Source: an uncultured Chloroflexia bacterium (GTDB lineage: Bacteria > Chloroflexota > Anaerolineae > JAAYZQ01). From it: a DNA stretch of 64,000 nucleotides. The position numbers and the translations under genes are program-made. The notes below the pieces were generated by a model. It did not search any database. It was given only the letters and a program-made list of their open reading frames with translations, and had not been told where the DNA came from. This document shows positions 1 through 11,317 of the stretch, in pieces (position 1 is the first letter of the stretch; every line of letters starts with the position of its first letter). Location of the stretch: the NCBI GenBank assembly GCA_963700285.1, contig CAVOXA010000001.1, forward strand, positions 1,184,001 through 1,248,000. The letters run 5' to 3'.

Positions 1-295
1 CGTCACGTCGAACCAGGCATCTGGAAAGGGCAGATCGTGGGCATCGCCGGAACGGTACTCTGCTGCACCGCCTCGGGCCTGGGCGAAATCTATCATCTCT
101 GGATCCAGGTCCACGCCGATTACCTGCCCCTGGCTCCGGGCGGCCAGTTCCTCGGTCACAACACCTGTGCCGCTGCCCACGTCCAGCACGCGGTTTCGCC
201 CGCAGCAGGTTCGCCCGCCGGTAGAGGTGGGATCGTGTGGCCCGAGTCCAGCCCGCCTGCCGCGCAAACTGTGCGTCCCACTCCTCCAACGTCAT
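1..295 (-). CDS. Class I SAM-dependent methyltransferase, 5' part (runs off window; apparent frameshift near 192)
   Basis: Manual translation from the ATG at 295 gives MTLEEWDAQFARQAGWTRATRSHLYRRANLLRA, then after a 1-nt shift RVLDVGSGTG...VIGVDLDPEMIDFA...GDAHDLPFPDAWFDV (SAM-binding motif I and the LPF..FD motif). Confidence 0.75.
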   Translation of the reverse strand, partial: MTLEEWDAQFARQAGWTRATRSHLYRRANLLRAKPRAGRGQRHRCCDRGTGRPEPGAGNRRGPGSRDDRFRPGPRRCSRVPFRRCPRSALSRCLVRRD

Positions 296-317
296 GAGCG
301 TGGCCATGGGTCGTGCG

Positions 318-2471
318 TCAGCTCTCTGCCAGGGCAATTAGCAGTACCACCGAACGTGGTTGTACTCGGTACACAGATGCCTCGACCAGGGGAGCAGTAT
401 CCAGGCCACTGATGTCATGCGGTGGGTCGAGGTAGGTATCTATCACCCGCTGCCAGCCCAGAGGCGCCCCATCGGGCGCAGGCGGCAGCTCGAAGTCGAG
501 GACCTGCCAGTAGGCGTTCATGATCAGGTGGAATAGGCCTCGTCTGCCTTGCACGGCAAAGGCCAGGCTGTGGGAGTTCCATCGCCAGTCGGGCTTGTGT
601 AGCTCCACGCCATGCCATTGCAGCTTGGACTGGAGTAGGAGCTGGATGAGGCTCATCCCCCGCTCTTCCTTGTAGATGCTGAGACCGCGGCGGAAACGAA
701 TCAAGTGCTTGACAAAGCGGTGAATGTCGTTGTGTTCCTCCAGGAGCGTCCAATCAAACCAGCCGATCTCATTGTCCTGGCAATAGGCGTTGTTGTTCCC
801 AAGCTGGGTGCGGCGCACTTCGTCGCCCATGAGCAGCATCGGCACCCCCAGCGCCAGGAGCGTGAGGCTGAGGAAATTCTTGATCTGCCGGTTGCGTAGT
901 TGCTCAATAGCAGGGTCCTTTGTCGGCCCTTCCACGCCACAATTCCAGCTCTGATTGTCGTTGTGCCCGTCGTGATTCCCCTCCCGGTTCGCTTCGTTGT
1001 GCTTCTGGTTATAGGATACGACGTCGTTGAGGGTAAACCCGTCATGGGAGGTCACGAAATTGATGCTCTGCTCCGGCTCCCGTTCCTCGTGGCCGTAGAG
1101 GTCAGGGCTGGCCAGGAAACGGGATGCCAGCTTGCTCACCATGCCCGGATCCCCCTTCACAAAGCTGCGGATGTCGTCGCGAAACCTTCCGTTCCACTCT
1201 TTCCAGCGGTCTCCGATGAACGTGCCCACCTGGTAGAGACCGGCTGCATCCCACGCCTCGGCGATCAGTTTCGTACCGGCCAGGATCGGGTCCGTTTCGA
1301 TCTCCCACAGGATAGGCGGATTCACCAAGGGCTGGCCGGTGTCATCCCTTGCCAGGATAGAGGCCAGGTCGAAGCGGAAGCCATCCACGTGCATCTCCTC
1401 CACCCAATAGTGCAGGCTGTCGAGAATCAGACGGCGGACCACTGACAAGTTGCCGTTCAGGGTGTTGCCCGTGCCGCTATAGTTGGCATAGTGGGATAGG
1501 TCCTGGGAAGCCCTTCTGGGCAGAAGGGAGGATATGCTCAGATCCCCGTTCTGGACAGTGCCAGAGGCCCCATCCTGGGTACCGTCCAATGCTGAGGCTT
1601 CTTCCAGGATGTAGTAGGTTCGGTTCTCCAGGCCGCGGAAGCAGAAGGTCGGACCTGACTCGTCGCTCTCTGCGGTGTGATTATACACGACGTCCAGGAT
1701 CACTTCGATGCCTGCCTGATGCAGTGCCTTGACCATATCCCGGAACTCGTCCAAAGGGCCTAAGGGATCCCGCCGGGAGCTGTAGCCGCAGTGGGGCGCA
1801 AAGAAAGAAACCGGATTGTAGCCCCAGTAGTTGGTCAGGCCCGGCGGCGCTTCTTGCGCGTCGTGCTGGAATATGGGGAGCAGTTCCACAGCGGTGATGC
1901 CTAGATCCTGAAGGTAAGGGATCTTTTCAATCAGCCCAGCATAGGTGCCCCGCAGAAATGGGTCCAGCCCGGAGCTGGGATGGCGCGTGAAGCCGGCCAC
2001 GTGCATCTCATAGATCACGGTCTGGGTAAAGGGCCGTTTGAGCGGCACGTCACCCTCCCAGTCGTAGCTGCCCGCACCCGAGACGACGCTTCTCATGGCC
2101 ACGGCGGCATTGTCCCCTGGCCGCGCCGCGGCTTGTCGGTCATAGGTACTGGGGATGGCCACGGCCCGGCCATAGGGATCCAGAAGGACCTTGCTGGCGT
2201 CAAAGCGATGGCCCTTTGGGGGCTCAAAGGGACCGTGCGCTCGTAGGCCGTATACCTGGCCTGCCTCGAGCCCGCGAACAAAGACGTGCCAGTAGTGGAA
2301 GGTCCTGTGAACCCTTGGGTCAAGGGCGATCACGCGAGAGGGCAGAGGATCGTCGACGCCATCGAAGAGCAGCAGCTCCAATCCCGTACTGTTCTTGGAA
2401 TAGACGACAAAGTTGACGCCTTCAGGGTAGACTGTGGCGCCAAGGGGAAAGCTCTTACCTGGGCTGATCAT
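318..2471 (-). CDS. glgX: Glycogen debranching enzyme GlgX (isoamylase, GH13)
   Basis: 717 aa; PLGAT N-terminus, NYWGY, ILDVVYNH, DGFRFDLA, LIAEAWD, SINFVTSHDGFTL and QLGNNNAYCQDN motifs. Confidence 0.95.
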   Translation of the reverse strand: MISPGKSFPLGATVYPEGVNFVVYSKNSTGLELLLFDGVDDPLPSRVIALDPRVHRTFHYWHVFVRGLEAGQVYGLRAHGPFEPPKGHRFDASKVLLDPYGRAVAIPSTYDRQAAARPGDNAAVAMRSVVSGAGSYDWEGDVPLKRPFTQTVIYEMHVAGFTRHPSSGLDPFLRGTYAGLIEKIPYLQDLGITAVELLPIFQHDAQEAPPGLTNYWGYNPVSFFAPHCGYSSRRDPLGPLDEFRDMVKALHQAGIEVILDVVYNHTAESDESGPTFCFRGLENRTYYILEEASALDGTQDGASGTVQNGDLSISSLLPRRASQDLSHYANYSGTGNTLNGNLSVVRRLILDSLHYWVEEMHVDGFRFDLASILARDDTGQPLVNPPILWEIETDPILAGTKLIAEAWDAAGLYQVGTFIGDRWKEWNGRFRDDIRSFVKGDPGMVSKLASRFLASPDLYGHEEREPEQSINFVTSHDGFTLNDVVSYNQKHNEANREGNHDGHNDNQSWNCGVEGPTKDPAIEQLRNRQIKNFLSLTLLALGVPMLLMGDEVRRTQLGNNNAYCQDNEIGWFDWTLLEEHNDIHRFVKHLIRFRRGLSIYKEERGMSLIQLLLQSKLQWHGVELHKPDWRWNSHSLAFAVQGRRGLFHLIMNAYWQVLDFELPPAPDGAPLGWQRVIDTYLDPPHDISGLDTAPLVEASVYRVQPRSVVLLIALAES

Positions 2472-2675
2472 GGGACTCCTAGCTGTGCTTCATGAGGCTC
2501 GACTTGTACTCGACGATAACCAGTCATTTCAAGAACAATAAACGGCGTCTTGCGGATAGCGAGCGCTTCTGCGCTCATGATCCTGAAGGCAACCTGGTTC
2601 CGATTCTGATATGACACGATTATACCACACGCGATGCAAGGAGACAACAACCCAGCGGAGCGCAAGAAGCGTCGA

Positions 2676-4139
2676 TCACGGCAGGTGGCGCGCTTGACCC
2701 GGCGCAGGTACGACTTTGATCAATCTGACATCATTCAGCTCGGCTTTGAGGGAGTGCGGAACGTCCCAAGTTTCGAGCACCGGGTATCCTGTCATGCCCA
2801 GGAGCTGGAGTAAGGCAGAGACATGTTCCTCCCAACCTGCAAGACCCTTGGGCTGGTACACGGGATACACACCGTGGGAGAACTGCAGGGTCTGGCAGGT
2901 GGCTTCATCGGGGCAGACGGCCACGATCCAGACCGGAAGCCGCAACCGGCTGAGGTTCCGGGCGGTGGCCCCATCATGGGTGGAAATGAGGATCGCGGCA
3001 GGTTTTCGTTGCTCTACCATGGCCCGCAGCTCCAGCAGCATGCGGTCCTCAGCTCCAGTCTCCTGGCCCTTGCTGCCTGCGTCCAGTCCTATGGTCCCCC
3101 GATCCTGCCTGTCGCAGGCTTCAACAGCCCGGGCTATGCGGGCCATCATGGCCACTGCTTCCGCCGGATGGTTGCCCAGTGCCGTTTCGGCGGAAAGCGT
3201 CAGGCAGTCGGTCCCGTCGAGGATGGCGTTGGTCACGTCGGCGACCTCGGCGCGGGTGGGCAGCCTCTGGTGGGTCATCGATTCCAGCATGTGGGTGGCG
3301 GTGATTGTGGGTGTGCCAGCCTGATGCGCCAAGCGTAGGATCTCTTTCTGAAGCAGGACAACCTCCTCGATAGGAGTCTCGATGCCCAGGTCCCCCCTGG
3401 CGACGACGATGGCGTCGGCGCCAGCCAGGATGGCCTCCAGGTTCTGGACAGCCTGCGCGCGCTCGATCTTGGCCAGGAGGAACGGAAAGTAGTCCAACTC
3501 TGCCGCAGTCTGGCGGACGGCATCAAGGTCGGCTGCATTCTGTATGAAAGAGGGGCTGACTGCGTCTAGACCCAACGCGGCGGCAAAGGTCAGGCGTATC
3601 CTGTCCCGGCTGGTGAAGGCGCTCAAGCCCAGGTCAATGCCGGGCACGTTCACGCCGTCGTGGGTGCCGAGCTTCCCACCATCCAATACCCGGCAGCGAA
3701 TCTCCTCACCCTCCACCCTCTCTACCTCGAGCTGGATCAGACCATCGTTGAGATGTACCCTGTCGCCGGGTCTCACAGACTGAGACAGCCCGGAAAAGCT
3801 CACTGCGGCCTGAGCCGCGTTGCCAACGAATTCGCCAGCCTTGAGGACAAAGCACTGGCCCGGCTGGAGCCACACAGCGCCGCTGTCTACGCGGCCGATG
3901 CGCATCTTGGGACCCGGCAGATCGCCCCAGATGGCCACCCGCTCCCCCATGGCGGCTGCAGCCGCACGGACGCGATGGATTGTCTGGGCATGCCTGTCGA
4001 GGTCGCCGTGACTGAGGTTGACGCGGGCAATGTCCATGCCGTTGCATATCATGCGCTCGAGCACGGGCTGGGACTGGGAGGCGGGGCCGATGGTGCAGAC
4101 AATCTTGGTTTTCGAGGACGGCAATTTGGACTTGGCCAT
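2676..4139 (-). CDS. pyk: Pyruvate kinase (divergent copy)
   Basis: 487 aa; KTKIVCTIGPAS, DLPGPKMRIG, AKIE, VARGDLG and PTRAEVADV motifs. Confidence 0.9.
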   Translation of the reverse strand: MAKSKLPSSKTKIVCTIGPASQSQPVLERMICNGMDIARVNLSHGDLDRHAQTIHRVRAAAAAMGERVAIWGDLPGPKMRIGRVDSGAVWLQPGQCFVLKAGEFVGNAAQAAVSFSGLSQSVRPGDRVHLNDGLIQLEVERVEGEEIRCRVLDGGKLGTHDGVNVPGIDLGLSAFTSRDRIRLTFAAALGLDAVSPSFIQNAADLDAVRQTAAELDYFPFLLAKIERAQAVQNLEAILAGADAIVVARGDLGIETPIEEVVLLQKEILRLAHQAGTPTITATHMLESMTHQRLPTRAEVADVTNAILDGTDCLTLSAETALGNHPAEAVAMMARIARAVEACDRQDRGTIGLDAGSKGQETGAEDRMLLELRAMVEQRKPAAILISTHDGATARNLSRLRLPVWIVAVCPDEATCQTLQFSHGVYPVYQPKGLAGWEEHVSALLQLLGMTGYPVLETWDVPHSLKAELNDVRLIKVVPAPGQARHLP

Positions 4140-4193
4140 GGTTCCTGAATAGACCTGGACCAGGATAGCGAATCAAGTAGACCAATGTGGATG

Positions 4194-6290
4194 TTAGGTA
4201 TTCTGGGCCTGTACAGCCGTTATGGCCACAGTGTTGATGACATCTTCCACGGTGCAGCCCCGGCTTAGATCGTTGACCGGTTTCTTAACGCCCTGGAGTA
4301 CAGGCCCGATGGCGATGGCGCCCGTCTCGCGCTGCACGGCCTTGTAGGTGTTGTTGCCGGTATTCAGGTCGGGGAAGATGAACACGGTGGCCCGGCCCGC
4401 AACCTCGGAATTGGGCATTTTTTTGGCGGCCACGCCCATGTCCACGGCGGCATCGTACTGCATGGGGCCGTCCAGCTCCAGGTCAGGCCTTCTCGCCCGG
4501 GCAAGTTGGGTCGCTTCTCGCACTCTCTCGACATCCGCTCCCATGCCGGACTCGCCGGAAGAGTAGGACAGCATGGCTACCCTGGGTTCTATGCCAAAGG
4601 CCCGGGCCGTGTCGGCGGAGGAAATGGCAATCTCGGCCAGTTGTTCGGCGGTAGGGTTGGTGTTCACGGCACAATCGCCGTAGACCAGGACCTGGTCGTC
4701 AAGGCACATAAAGAACACAGAGGACGCCACGGAGAAGCCAGGTTTTGTCTTGATGAACTGCAATGCTGGCCGGATGGTGTGCTGCGTCGTGTGGGCGGCG
4801 CCCGAGACCATGCCATCGGCCACACCCTTGTAGACCATCATGGTGCCATAATAGGAGACGTCACGCATCAGGTCAAAGGCCGTTTCCCGGCTCATTCCCT
4901 TGTGCTTCCGCAACCCCAGGAGGGTCTCGGCGTATTCTTGGTATTCGGTCGACATGTAGGGGCGAATGACCGGGACGCGGTAAAGGTCGATCTCCAGCCC
5001 CAATTGCAGGATCAAGCCGTGGACTTCTTCGGGGTTGCCGAGCAGGGTCAGGTCCACGATGTCACGGCCGAGTAGGAACTCGGCGGCCCTGAGTATACGC
5101 TCGTCGTTGCCTTCGGGCAAGACTATGTGCTGCTTGTCGGCCTTGGCCTGCTGAACGAGGTTGTAGGTGAACATTCTGGGCGTCATGCCGCGGGGCTGGA
5201 TGCTGCTGATCTGAGCCTCGAGGGCCGCCGTATCGACAAACTCCTCAAACAACTCCAGGCTGAGTTCGATCTTGGCCTGGTTGTCGGCCGTGATGTAGGA
5301 GTGGAGGTTGCTGACCCTGGCCGCTGTGTCATAGGTATCGGTCTGTACAGCCAGGATCGGAACCATGTCTGGCAGACCATCCAGAAGGCGGGCGACTGCC
5401 GGTGGAGGCTCCAGGCCGCCACTCAATAGTATGCCGGCAAGCTGGGGATAGTATTGAGATTGATGGGCTTGCAGCGCGCTGAGGATTACGTCGCTGCGGT
5501 CACCCGAGGTGATGAGCAGCGCGTTCTCGGTCAGGCGGGGCAGGTAGTTGTGGAGATGCATGGCAATGACGAGGGGCCGGTGGGCAAGCCTTTCGAGATA
5601 GTCCGCCCCATAAAGGATCTTGGCATCCAACTGCTCGGCGACCTCTTTGAGGGTGGGGCTGCTTAGCGTGGTATGGGCGGGGATCACTGACAGCATGGCG
5701 CTGTCCCGGGGCAGTTCCTCTTTGAGCGCGGCGCGCAGCGTATGCGCTGTCTCCAGCACGGCGCGGTTGACGATCATGCCCAACACCTCTGCGCCTCGTT
5801 CCTGGAATGCATCCAGAGAAGCCCGGCAGGCATTGACAACGGCCGCTACGTCGCGTTTGGCCCCACTGGCGACGAGCAGGACCGGGCAGCCAAGGTTCTT
5901 GGCCACATCGGCGTTAAAGTCGAACTCCAGAGCGGCTGTCTTTCCTTCCAGGTCTGAGCCGATGCACAGGATAAAGTCGCAGCAGCCATCCAGGGCCTTG
6001 TACCTTTCGATGACCCTGTCCAGGACCTGGTCGTAGTGGCCCTGGCCGATGAGGTCTACTGCCTCCTGCATCAGCAGCCCAAAGGTGTCTTCATAGGCGG
6101 AACCGAGGTTAAAGTGGGTGAGAAGGAGATCGATGTTCTTGTCCCGCTCTTCGACTGAACGGGACCCAATGATCGGTCGGAAGATGCCGACCCGGCTGGT
6201 TCGACGCAGGAGAAGATCTACGATGCCCAGTGAAACGAGCGACTTGCCCGAGTAGGGGTCTGTTGTCGCAATATAGAGAGAATTGGTCAT
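4194..6290 (-). CDS. pta: Phosphate acetyltransferase, long form (AAA_26/DRTGG N-terminus)
   Basis: 698 aa; SGKSLVSLG, ITSGDRSD, IVLPEG, YGDCAVN, FPDLNTGNNTYKAVQR and KPVNDLSRG motifs. Confidence 0.95.
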   Translation of the reverse strand: MTNSLYIATTDPYSGKSLVSLGIVDLLLRRTSRVGIFRPIIGSRSVEERDKNIDLLLTHFNLGSAYEDTFGLLMQEAVDLIGQGHYDQVLDRVIERYKALDGCCDFILCIGSDLEGKTAALEFDFNADVAKNLGCPVLLVASGAKRDVAAVVNACRASLDAFQERGAEVLGMIVNRAVLETAHTLRAALKEELPRDSAMLSVIPAHTTLSSPTLKEVAEQLDAKILYGADYLERLAHRPLVIAMHLHNYLPRLTENALLITSGDRSDVILSALQAHQSQYYPQLAGILLSGGLEPPPAVARLLDGLPDMVPILAVQTDTYDTAARVSNLHSYITADNQAKIELSLELFEEFVDTAALEAQISSIQPRGMTPRMFTYNLVQQAKADKQHIVLPEGNDERILRAAEFLLGRDIVDLTLLGNPEEVHGLILQLGLEIDLYRVPVIRPYMSTEYQEYAETLLGLRKHKGMSRETAFDLMRDVSYYGTMMVYKGVADGMVSGAAHTTQHTIRPALQFIKTKPGFSVASSVFFMCLDDQVLVYGDCAVNTNPTAEQLAEIAISSADTARAFGIEPRVAMLSYSSGESGMGADVERVREATQLARARRPDLELDGPMQYDAAVDMGVAAKKMPNSEVAGRATVFIFPDLNTGNNTYKAVQRETGAIAIGPVLQGVKKPVNDLSRGCTVEDVINTVAITAVQAQNT

Positions 6291-6300
6291 GGTTCTGTCC

Positions 6301-9067
6301 TCAAGGGCTCTGGTGCTGTGGCTGAGCCGCTGCGCGCCCCGTCCTCAACCGCCTGACGGCCTTGGAAACCTCGACGGCGACAAAGACGCCGAGGCTGGCC
6401 AGCGCACAGACGAGGAACTCCTGGGCGCCCAGGGGCTGTGTCTTGAAGATGCGCTGGAAGGCCGGTACGTAGATCAGGACCAGCTGCAGCGCAAAGGTAC
6501 TCACGACGGCGAACACCATCAGCCGGTTGGAGAAGGGGCCGATGCGAAACAACGAATCGATGCTGGAGCGTATGGCCAGGGCGTTGCCCATCTGACTCAG
6601 AACCATGGTGGTGAAGACCATCGTGCGCCAGGGACCCTCTGGATCGCTCCTCCAGTACTGGTAACCCACCAGGAGCGAGACAGCTCCCATCAGGAGGCCG
6701 ATCCAGATGATCTGTGTCCCCAGCCCGCGGCTAAAGACACTCTCCTTCGGGTGGAAGGGGGGACGTCTCATGATGCCCCGTTCCCCTTTCTCATCGGCCA
6801 GGGCAATGCCAGGCAGGCCATCGGTGACCAGGTTGATCCACAGGATCTGGAGAGGCAGGAGGGGTAAGGGCATGCCCAAGAAGGGACCGATGAGCATCAC
6901 GAACAGCTCCCCGGTATTGCTGGACAGGGTGTACTTGATGAACTTGCGGATGTTGTCAAAGATGACGCGGCCTTGCTCCACGGCGGCGACTATGGTCGCA
7001 AAATTATCGTCCAACAGGACCATGTCGGACGCCTCTTTGGACACGTCGGTGCCGGTGATGCCCATGGCCACGCCGATGTCGGCCTTTTTGAGGGCTGGCG
7101 CGTCGTTGACGCCATCGCCCGTCATCGCTACGATCTCCCCCTGATACTGAAGGGCCTCCACGATGCGCAGTTTGTGTTCTGGCGCAACCCGGGCGTAAAC
7201 AGCGACTTGTTCAACTACTTGTTCGAGATCGCTGCTTGACATCCGCTGCAGATCCTGTCCGGTCAGGCAGTGATCAAGGCAGCGATCCTCTTGGGCAATA
7301 TCCAGGTCCTTGGCAATCTGAAAGGCGGTGAGAGGGTGATCGCCGGTGATCATCACGGGTCGGATGCCTGCTTCGCGGGCCGTGGCAACTGCCTCCTTGA
7401 CTTCGGCGCGAGGCGGATCCATCATGGAGACCAGGCCAACAAAGACTCCGTCCGCTTCTAGCTGAGCCTCGTCGTCCGGCAGGCTATCGCTATCCCAGAT
7501 GCGGAAAGAGACTCCTAGAACCCGTTGGCCTTGCTGGGCAAGCTCCGCGTTGGCCGTCCAAGATCCGTCTCTCGAACTCTTGGTCCAGGGGGACAATATC
7601 CTTGTCGATGAGCACCTTGCTGGTGGTCTCCAGCAGGCCGTCGACCGCGCCCTTGGTGAGGAACACGTGGGACGCATTGCGCCAGGGCACATCGTACTCG
7701 CGGACGGCCGGTGTCATCCTGTGTACGGTGGTCATACGCTTCCGTTCGGAAGTAAAGGGTACTTCGCGAACGCGCGGGAACTCGGCTTCCAGCGCGCTTT
7801 TTTCAAAGCCAAGCTCTCGAGCGGCCAGGACCAGCGCGGCTTCGGTGGGGTCGCCGATGGCGTGCACTATCCCATCGTCGTCCACATCGAGCACGGCGTC
7901 GTTGCAGAGGGCGCCGGCCCGGACCAGCACGCTCAGCGCTGCCAGGTCGGGCGCGGTCTGGGGGTCAGCCAGCCGGGCCTCCAACAGGTCGTTTTCCTGG
8001 CGATGGACCATGGTCTCCAGCCTTTCGGTATTGCCGGCCACATCCAGGATGGTGACGGTCATGCGGTTCTCGGTGAGTGTTCCGGTCTTGTCGGAACAGA
8101 TCACGGTCACCGAGCCGAGGGTCTCCACGGCAGGGAGCTTGCGGATGAGGGCATTCCGTTTCAGGAGCCTCTGCCCGCCGAGGGCCAGGGTGATCGTGAC
8201 GACGGCGGCCAGGCTCTCGGGGATGACGGCGACGGCCAGGCTTACGCCCGTCAGGAAGATGGTCTCCAGATCGTCGCCACGGAGCCAGCCGGTGATGACC
8301 ACCACGGCGATGATGAGCAAGGCTGCAAGGGCTAGCGTGCGGCCCAGCCTGTCCAAGCGCTTCTGGAGGGGCGTTTTGTCCGGTTCTACACCCTGGAGCA
8401 TGCCGGCGATCTTGCCCAGCTGAGTGGCCATGCCGGTCTCGACGACGACCATCTCGCCCCGGCCGTAAGTCACAATGGTGCCCATGAAGAGCATATCCCG
8501 CTGATCTCCAAGGGCCAGATCTTCCCCCTCGGGAATTGATACCTGTTTCTCCACGGGCTCTGATTCGCCGGTGAGGGCTGCCTCCTCGGCCTTGAGGCTG
8601 GCGCTCTCCAGCATGCGTCCGTCAGCCGGGACGATGTTGCCTGCTTCGAGCAGCACGATGTCGCCGGGTACCAGCTCTGTTGACGGGATCTCCAGTATAT
8701 GGCCCCCGCGCCGTACCCGTACCGTAGGGACGGCCATTTTCTTGAGCGCCGCCATGGCTTTTTCGGCCCGGTACTCCTGGGTGAATCCGAGAATAGCGTT
8801 CAAGACTACGATGGCCAGGATCACACCCACTTCCAGCCATTCGCCCAGGGCAGCCGAGACAAGGGCTGCGACGATGAGAATGATGACCATGATCTCTTTG
8901 AACTGGTCGAGAAATATGCGCCAGGGTTCCTTGGCCGCTTTCTCGACCAGTTCATTGGTTCCGTACTGATCAAGGCGCTGCCGAGCTTCTTCTCCAGAGA
9001 GTCCTTCCAGGGAACTTGTTCCCAGTTTCTGAAGTACTTCTTGGGCCGCGAGTTTGTACCAGATCAT
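6301..9067 (-). CDS. Cation-transporting P-type ATPase (P2A-like), split by one frameshift near 7557
   Basis: ORF 7490..9067 has LTGES and CSDKTGTLT; ORF 6301..7692 has MDPPR, MITGD, TGDGVNDAPALKKAD and QILWINLVTDG. The junction reads ATC TTG GAC g GCC AAC (one extra base). Confidence 0.9.
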
Positions 9068-9079
9068 AGTCCGTGTCTC

Positions 9080-11317
9080 CTATGCACCGGGATCCTGCGG
9101 GTCCGGCGCGGCCAGCACCCGGGCAATGGACCGGAGTTGCAGCCACCACTGTTCTTTGGGTCGCCGTGCGTCCTTTTCCACGAGCCGGGGTAGGTCTTGT
9201 AGGTCGGTGAACCCAATCCTGCCGCCTTGCCAACCAATGGCGGATGCGCCCGGTGAACTCGTCATGGCCTCATCCGTCAGAAATTCGATGCATTCTGCGG
9301 CCAGGCGAGTGGCCTGGATGCGGTCGAAAGGCGAGGGGCTGCCACCTTGCTGCATGTGGCCCAGGATCGCCTGGCGCACGTCAAAGAGCTGTCCTCCCTC
9401 CTTCTCAAAGAGCGAGTGCATGAAGTGGGTGGTATAGAAGTGATCGGTGTTCTCGGCGCGGATCATCAGGCCCAGACGCTTGCCGTGCTCAAACCCCTCC
9501 ATCAGACTGCAGACGTCTTCCTGGAGGTCAGCCAGGGAGACGCCTTCCTCGGGCAGGTACACCCGCTCCGCTCCCGTAGCCAGCCCGCTGATCAGCGCCA
9601 GGTAGCCGCAGTCCCCTCCCATCACCTCTACCACAAAACAACGACGGGAGGCCACGGCCGACTGCTTGATCTTGTCGACAGCGGCGATGATGGTGTTGAG
9701 GGCGGTATCGGCGCCGATGCTCAATTGCGAACCAGGTAGATTATTGTCTATGGAAGCCGGAAGGCAGACGATAGGGATGTTAAAGGCCGGGTAATCATCA
9801 CGTTTGCTAAAGATCTGGTGGGCGGCCTGATATCCGCTCCAGCCGCCAACAATCATCAGTCCGTCGATGCTGTGGGCTTCGAGCTGGCGAGCGATCATGT
9901 AAAAGTCGGCACCTTCCGGAACCTTGCGATTGGTCCCCAGCTCGGCGCCGCCTCTCGAAACCCAGCCACTGACGCTCATCCAGTCCATCTCCTGGATGTC
10001 GCCGTCGATCAGTCCCTGGAAGCCGTTCTGTACCGCAATCATGGTATGGCCCTTGTCCAGGCCCAGCCTGACCGCCACACGGACCGCAGTATTCATACCA
10101 GGCGCTGGTCCTCCGCCATGTAGAATGGCCAGCCTCAGCTGCTTCTGCCCGGGCTTGGGCTCGTGAGGTTGGGCGCGCAACAGCGTACGCAGGATCCGAA
10201 ACGAGTCGGAGAAGCTGCCACCGCGCATGGCCATGGCCGATTCATAGTCCCGAGCCGCAATGACCTCGGCAACCTGGTGTGTCTTGGCCACACAATCCAT
10301 CAGTGGCGAACGGACTACATGGTGCTGCCGGATTCCGATCAGTTTTGGTTTGTCCTCGGGGGATGCGGACAGAACCTCGTCGACGGCGGCATAGCCTAGC
10401 AGCGTGCTCATATAGCGATCAAAGGCGGTGGGTGAACCGCCCCTTTGCACGTGACCCAGAATCGTCACGCGCACATCCTCTCCCAGGCGCTCCTCCAACA
10501 CCTGTTTCACGTAGCTACTGGCAATGGGGCTGCCATAGCGGTCTTGGGCTCCCTCAGCGATGATCACGACGCTATGTCTGCGGCCGATTTCGCGGCCCGC
10601 ATGGATAGCGCGGCACATCCTTTCCTCCCAATCATCTACGTTGGGCGGGCTCTCGGGAATAAAGACCCAGTTTGCGCCAGTGGCCAGGGCGCTCATCAGT
10701 GCTAGATAACCGCAATGGCGCCCCATAACTTCGATGACAAAGGTACGCTGATGGCTGGCCGCCGTCGCGCCGATGGCATCTACGGCTTCGGTGATACGGT
10801 GCAGGGCGGTGTCGGCGCCGATGGTCATGTCTGTTCCAAACATGTCGTTGTCGATGGAGCCAACCAACCCGGCCAGGATCAACTGGGGATGAGCCTCCGC
10901 TTCTTGAGGGCTGACCTGGCCCTCTGCCGCCAGCTCGGCCAACAGTTCGGGCCATTCCTGGCGGAAGACATTGGCGCCTGTCAAGCTGCCGTCCCCACCA
11001 ATGACCACCAAGCTGTCGATTCCATGTCTGATCAGGTTCCTGGCTGCCAGCTTGCGCCCTTCTCGCGTGTGGAACTCTGCACATCGTGCTGAGCCGATGA
11101 CGGTTCCTCCCTGATGGATGATGCCACCGACCGCATCCCAGGTCATTTTTCGGATATTGCTGCCGCCGGCGACCATGCCCTGGTAGCCTTCGTAGATGGC
11201 GTATACATCCACGCCACGGGCAAGTGCGGTGCGCACCACGGCTCTCACGGCGGCGTTCATTCCCGGCGCATCGCCGCCGCTGGTCAGGACGCCCAGGCTT
11301 TTCTTGTGGTGGTCCAT
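9080..11317 (-). CDS. pfkA: 6-phosphofructokinase, double-domain (eukaryote-type)
   Basis: Two tandem PFK domains: LTSGGDAPGMN...GGDGS...SIDND...EVMGR, then HGGGPAPGMN...SIDNN...EVMGG. Start placed at MDHHKK (11317). Confidence 0.92.
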   Translation of the reverse strand: MDHHKKSLGVLTSGGDAPGMNAAVRAVVRTALARGVDVYAIYEGYQGMVAGGSNIRKMTWDAVGGIIHQGGTVIGSARCAEFHTREGRKLAARNLIRHGIDSLVVIGGDGSLTGANVFRQEWPELLAELAAEGQVSPQEAEAHPQLILAGLVGSIDNDMFGTDMTIGADTALHRITEAVDAIGATAASHQRTFVIEVMGRHCGYLALMSALATGANWVFIPESPPNVDDWEERMCRAIHAGREIGRRHSVVIIAEGAQDRYGSPIASSYVKQVLEERLGEDVRVTILGHVQRGGSPTAFDRYMSTLLGYAAVDEVLSASPEDKPKLIGIRQHHVVRSPLMDCVAKTHQVAEVIAARDYESAMAMRGGSFSDSFRILRTLLRAQPHEPKPGQKQLRLAILHGGGPAPGMNTAVRVAVRLGLDKGHTMIAVQNGFQGLIDGDIQEMDWMSVSGWVSRGGAELGTNRKVPEGADFYMIARQLEAHSIDGLMIVGGWSGYQAAHQIFSKRDDYPAFNIPIVCLPASIDNNLPGSQLSIGADTALNTIIAAVDKIKQSAVASRRCFVVEVMGGDCGYLALISGLATGAERVYLPEEGVSLADLQEDVCSLMEGFEHGKRLGLMIRAENTDHFYTTHFMHSLFEKEGGQLFDVRQAILGHMQQGGSPSPFDRIQATRLAAECIEFLTDEAMTSSPGASAIGWQGGRIGFTDLQDLPRLVEKDARRPKEQWWLQLRSIARVLAAPDPQDPGA

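Noticed and set aside
7540-7570. Programmed frameshift in the P-type ATPase (also GH3 at 34383 and icd)
   Set aside because: No slippery heptamer is visible, and a single-base indel from error or mutation is simpler.
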